Source: Blepharisma stoltei ATCC 30299 (Eukaryota; Protista; Ciliophora). From it: a DNA stretch of 64,000 bases. Made by a program: the position numbers and the translations under genes. The notes under the pieces are model-generated. The model did not search any database and had not been told where the DNA came from. It saw only the letters and a program-made list of their open reading frames with translations. Shown in pieces: positions 59,300 through 64,000 of this stretch. Location: NCBI GenBank assembly GCA_965603825.1, contig CBFDEM010000049.1:5578-69577 (forward strand), written 5' to 3'. Numbering within the stretch: position 1 is the first letter of the stretch; every line of letters begins with the position of its first letter.

Positions 59300-59813
59300 A
59301 AAACAAAATCTAAGGCTGATCGAACTGCGCCTATGGCAAGAAATTTGAAGAAGTCTTGAGCAGATATTGGAAAATAAGCATGAATGAAGTTGATCTGGCT
59401 ATTAAACAATGTTGAGTTCAAGTGATTTACTGCCAATTTTGTGATTCTCCGAGGGATATGAGATCACGATTAAAAAAATTGTATGCTCTGAAATGCTAAT
59501 TTTTTATCTACCGGCTAATGCAAAGTTTTCTAATGCTAAAAGTGAGGTAGAAGACTATGAATTCAGTCTCTATGGTGTTATATGCTACTATGGTTCTGAA
59601 AATATTGGGCATTATGCAGCTTATATAATTGCTTAATTCAGTGAATGAGACGAAGATGGGAATGTCTGGAGATTATATAACGACTCATCAGTAAGTGATA
59701 TAGAAATTGCCCGAGGATGGCGCAAAATAGCGCCATCCTCGGGCAATTTCTATAGCTATGATGCAGGAAATAGCTATTTATTTTTTTATTTATTAAATAA
59801 GCCAAGGACCTAA
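59300..59813 (+). pseudogene. Ubiquitin-specific protease C-terminal remnant
   Basis: YEFSLYGVICYYGSENIGHYAAY..*..WRLYNDSSV..SYLFFY (His box, WxxYND and YLLFY-type motifs), with an in-frame TAA. The 5' boundary is approximate. Confidence 0.75.
59699..59754. repeat. Perfect 25-bp inverted repeat with 6-nt loop
   Basis: TATAGAAATTGCCCGAGGATGGCGC-AAAATA-GCGCCATCCTCGGGCAATTTCTATA. Confidence 0.97.
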
Positions 59814-59999
59814 AAAATTCATAAATAAATTGTATCAGATAATGTAAATTTTCTTTTATTTCTAAAATAAAAGATATTTTAGCTCAAATTAATAATATAC
59901 CACGTTTTGCGAATTAGAAAAATAAATACTCATGCACGAGGTTTAGCATATAAATATCGATTGAAGTCTAGCTCCATTATTAAAATTTATAGAAATCAA

Positions 60000-60393
60000 A
60001 TGCAACGACTTATGGACGAGTTTATCAATCTCCAAGACAGACCAGAACCTTATGTCACTATAAGCATAGCAAATCACTCTTTTTACAACTGAAAAGGAAC
60101 ACTTAACGGCCCAGATGGACTCCATACGAAGGTGGATTATTCGAGTTCGAAATTATATTTCCCAAAATTTCATCCAAATATAGATCTGATGAACATGTTT
60201 GCTGAGAATCTTTTCAAATGCCTGAAACCCAAAAGTCCCTGCTAGAAACATCATTTCGTATGTGGTAGGATTATTAAATGATCCTGCACCAAGAGCAGGA
60301 TATATAGGACCTGCCATAGAATTGTGCTTGGAGAATGGAGAAAAATTTAATAGCAAAGCAAGAAAATGGACTTTTGAGCATGCAATGGGATAA
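60000..60393 (+). pseudogene. Ubiquitin-conjugating enzyme E2 (UBC4/5-like) pseudogene
   Basis: QRLMDE..N[W]KGTLNGPDG/PYEGGLF..FP/HPNI/..[W]NP..LLNDP..KARKWT. Several frameshifts, and the YPFKPP segment is missing. Confidence 0.85.
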
Positions 60394-60407
60394 AATGAAA
60401 ATTAAGA

Positions 60408-60521
60408 TAAGAAATTCTAATAAAGCTGTAGAATTTTACTTATTATATCACAATGTTTAGTAAGAGGTCTTAAGATACAGTGCCAAATATATCACTTATT
60501 TGAAAAACGAGTAAAATAATC
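60408..60521 (+). repeat. 114-bp segment duplicated at 61922-62035
   Basis: Four mismatches over 114 bp by direct comparison. Confidence 0.95.
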
Positions 60522-60676
60522 AAGCACAGACAATGAATATATATATATTTTTGCTTTTCTTAGTCGATAAGATGCTAAATAAGTGCATTGTATATGAATC
60601 AGATTTATCAATAAAAATATTTAAAGGGTTAATAGCAAAATATTATTAAATGAGACTTATTTATTCCCAAATTATT

Positions 60677-61190
60677 CTATCTTAGTCTAGTTAATATTTT
60701 TGATTGTAAATCAAACTTGAAATAACTATTAGATTGACCATTTTGATGTGCAATGTTTATTCCTCCTTTATTATATGACAAATAAACTTGATCAAATCTC
60801 TCATTTACTATTGAGCTTCCAATTTGACATATCGCTTTCATAGATTGATCCGCCACATTCAATTAAATACAGTCTATCTGCACTTATAAGAATTTTGTGT
60901 CTGTTAGCTTGAAAATCATAAGGAACTATTCAGAAGACTTCTGGTCCATAAACTGCATACCTGAAAAGATTTTTATTTAGATATCCAGAAATCACAATAT
61001 ACATGTTAGAATATACACTGCTGCAACAGTAATCAGCTTTTGGCAGTGGTTTTAATTTCCCTCATCTGTTTGAACTCGAATCTAAATAAAATTTCTCTTA
61101 TAGAGTTAAAGCATTTCCATTGCTTCCTCCAAAGCAAAAAACAGCATTTTCGTAATAGATACAAATATCTGCTAGATTATTGCGTTTAGT
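60677..61190 (-). pseudogene. Kelch-repeat gene remnant, 5'-truncated by the TIR element
   Basis: ICIYYENAVFCFGG..*EKF..NR[W]GKLKPLPKAD..IVISGY..ILISADRLYLIECGG, with in-frame stops. Confidence 0.7.
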
Positions 61191-61192
61191 GA

Positions 61193-61923
61193 TACTAGTA
61201 TCACTAGCAACACTAGCAACACTATCAGCACTAACACCACTAGCAACACTATCACCATTAACACCACTAGCAACACTAGCAACAATCTTTTGTGACATTT
61301 AATACTGACACTATTTTGTGTGCCAAAATAATAATATAATAGATTAGAAAATAAACAGCGCATTTAGCCATATACTTAATACAATATAATTTAAAATGGC
61401 TGACTATATTGAGAAGCTTTACAAAAGTGCGGGATTTTCTTTTCGTGCTCCATCAGGAGAAGAGCTCACAGAGAAGCTGCTTGACATTACATCACGCAAT
61501 CCCACAGTTTTTGCAGGTATAGACGTATTTTATGCGTAATATCAATAAACTTTAAAAGATGGCTCTTACCTCAAAATTACAATCTGAACTATGCGGAAAT
61601 CAAAGCACTTATGGAATCTGATAATTTGAAAAGAAAATCAACTTAAATAAACGAAACAGGTGTAAAACGTGTTAAAACAATCAACAAAAATGAGTTTATG
61701 TAATGTTAGATCTCTATAAATCTAAAATATGTTTCATATGAAATTTAAATACTATTTTCTTCTTTCTACTCTTTTTGGTAAATTCTAACACTACTTTGTT
61801 GGTGTGGCTAGTGCTGCTATTGTGTTGCTAGTGTTGCTAGTGGTGTTAATGGTGATAGTGTTGCTAGTGGTGCTAGTGTTGCTAGTGTTGCTAGTGTTGC
61901 TAGTGTTGCTAGTGATACTAGTA
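61193..61923. mobile_element. 731-bp TA-bounded element with ~90-100-bp terminal inverted repeats made of CACTAGCAA-type 9-mers
   Basis: The left end TACTAGTATCACTAGCAACACTAGCAACACTA (61193-61224) is the exact reverse complement of the right end (to 61923). A further 50-bp block is also exactly inverted. A short internal ORF starts at 61396. Confidence 0.8.
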
Positions 61924-62035
61924 AGAAATTCTAGTAAAGCTGTAGAATTTTACTTATTATATTAAAATGTTTAGTAAGAGGTCTTAAGATACAGTGCCAA
62001 ACATATCACTTATTTGAAAAACGAGTAAAATAATC
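61922..62035 (+). repeat. Second copy of the 114-bp segment, directly healed by telomere
   Basis: Starts at the element's terminal TA and ends 1 nt before the telomeric repeat. Confidence 0.95.
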
Positions 62036-62036
62036 G

Positions 62037-64000
62037 AGGGTGTTAGGGTGTTAGGGTGTTAGGGTGTTAGGGTGTTAGGGTGTTAGGGTGTTAGGGTGTT
62101 AGGGTGTTAGGGTGTTAGGGTGTTAGGGTGTTAGGGTGTTAGGGTGTTAGGGTGTTAGGGTGTTAGGGTGTTAGGGTGTTAGGGTGTTAGGGTGTTAGGG
62201 TGTTAGGGTGTTAGGGTGTTAGGGTGTTAGGGTGTTAGGGTGTTAGGGTGTTAGGGTGTTAGGGTGTTAGGGTGTTAGGGTGTTAGGGTGTTAGGGTGTT
62301 AGGGTGTTAGGGTGTTAGGGTGTTAGGGTGTTAGGGTGTTAGGGTGTTAGGGTGTTAGGGTGTTAGGGTGTTAGGGTGTTAGGGTGTTAGGGTGTTAGGG
62401 TGTTAGGGTGTTAGGGTGTGTTAGGGTGTTAGGGTGTTAGGGTGTTAGGGTGTTAGGGTGTTAGGGTGTTAGGGTGTTAGGGTGTTAGGGTGTTAGGGTG
62501 TTAGGGTGTTAGGGTGTTAGGGTGTTAGGGTGTTAGGGTGTTAGGGTGTTAGGGTGTTAGGGTGTTAGGGTGTTAGGGTGTTAGGGTGTTAGGGTGTTAG
62601 GGTGTTAGGGTGTTAGGGGTGTTAGGGTGTTAGGGTGTTAGGGTGTTAGGGTGTTAGGGTGTTAGGGTGTTAGGGTGTTAGGGTGTTAGGGTGTTAGGGT
62701 GTTAGGGTGTTAGGGTGTTAGGGTGTTAGGGTGTTAGGGTGTTAGGGGTGTTAGGGTGTTAGGGTGTTAGGGTGTTAGGGTGTTAGGGTGTTAGGGTGTT
62801 AGGGTGTTAGGGTGTTAGGGTGTTAGGGTGTTAGGGTGTTAGGGTGTTAGGGTGTTAGGGTGTTAGGGTGTTAGGGTGTTAGGGTGTTAGGGTGTTAGGG
62901 TGTTAGGGTGTTAGGGTGTTAGGGTGTTAGGGTGTTAGGGTGTTAGGGTGTTAGGGTGTTAGGGTGTTAGGGTGTTAGGGTGTTAGGGTGTTAGGGTGTT
63001 AGGGTGTTAGGGTGTTAGGGTGTTAGGGTGTTAGGGTGTTAGGGTGTTAGGGTGTTAGGGTGTTAGGGTGTTAGGGTGTTAGGGTGTTAGGGTGTTAGGG
63101 TGTTAGGGTGTTAGGGTGTTAGGGTGTTAGGGTGTTAGGGTGTTAGGGTGTTAGGGTGTTAGGGTGTTAGGGTGTTAGGGTGTTAGGGTGTTAGGGTGTT
63201 AGGGTGTTAGGGTGTTAGGGTGTTAGGGTGTTAGGGTGTTAGGGTGTTAGGGTGTTAGGGTGTTAGGGTGTTAGGGTGTTAGGGTGTTAGGGTGTTAGGG
63301 TGTTAGGGTGTTAGGGTGTTAGGGTGTTAGGGTGTTAGGGTGTTAGGGTGTTAGGGTGTTAGGGTGTTAGGGTGTTAGGGTGTTAGGGTGTTAGGGTGTT
63401 AGGGTGTTAGGGTGTTAGGGTGTTAGGGTGTTAGGGTGTTAGGGTGTTAGGGTGTTAGGGTGTTAGGGTGTTAGGGTGTTAGGGTGTTAGGGTGTTAGGT
63501 GTTAGGGTGTTAGGGTGTTAGGGTGTTAGGGTGTTAGGGTGTTAGGGTGTTAGGGTGTTAGGGTGTTAGGGTGTTAGGGTGTTAGGGTGTTAGGGTGTTA
63601 GGGTGTTAGGGTGTTAGGGTGTTAGGGTGTTAGGGTGTTAGGGTGTTAGGGTGTTAGGGTGTTAGGGTGTTAGGGTGTTAGGGTAGGGTGTTAGGGTGTT
63701 AGGGTGTTAGGGTGTTAGGGTTAGGGTGTTAGGGTGTTAGGGTGTTAGGGTGTTAGGGTGTTAGGGTGTTAGGGTGTTTAGGGTGTTAGGGTGTTAGGGT
63801 GTTAGGGTGTTAGGGTAGTGTTAGGGTGTTAGGGTGTTAGGGTGTTAGGGGTGTTAGGGTGTTAGGGTGTTAGGGTGTTAGGGTGTTAGGGTGTTAGGGT
63901 GTTAGGGTGTTAGGGTGTTAGGGTGTTAGGGTGTTAGGGTGTTAGGGTGTTAGGGTGTTAGGGTGTTAGGGTGTTAGGGTGTTAGGGTGTTAGGGTGTTA
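62037..64000 (+). repeat. Telomere (GGGTGTTA)n / (CCCTAACA)n
   Basis: About 245 copies of the 8-mer run to the window end with the G-rich strand 3'; this is the heterotrich ciliate telomere repeat. Confidence 0.99.

Noticed and set aside
61098-61363. ORFs SVASVAS and LLVLLV
   Set aside because: They are translations of the 9-nt TIR repeat read into the kelch remnant.

Overview
Gene-dense, AT-rich eukaryotic DNA ending in a ~2-kb (GGGTGTTA)n telomere (CCCTAACA on the other strand). Three traits together point to the somatic (macronuclear) chromosome end of a heterotrich ciliate, most likely Blepharisma: this telomere repeat, 15-17-nt GT-AG introns, and in-frame TGA at conserved Trp positions while TAA/TAG remain stops. 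The supplied ORF track therefore splits most genes. Reading TGA as Trp and removing the tiny introns gives about 25 intact genes, including PP2C, WDR7-like, ankyrin-AGC kinase, a 2OG-Fe(II) oxygenase, two purple acid phosphatases, an IQ-MORN-dual-specificity phosphatase, a GNAT, two Ran genes, a PERK-like kinase, DCAF11-like, a CDPK, an RCC1 coiled-coil protein, MAN1/Src1-like, Asterix, ISWI, GNL3/Nug1 and an oligopeptidase-B-like protein. The most notable non-gene structures are: (1) a 649-bp LINE-derived-looking insertion with a perfect 14-bp target-site duplication that splits a RING-finger gene; (2) a 731-bp TA-bounded element next to the telomere whose long terminal inverted repeats are built from telomere-like 9-mers in telomere polarity, and which abuts a duplicated segment where the telomere was added; (3) a perfect 25-bp fold-back hairpin inside a USP pseudogene; (4) a tandem duplication block in which each copy lost a different gene. 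All calls were made by eye; no database searches were run.
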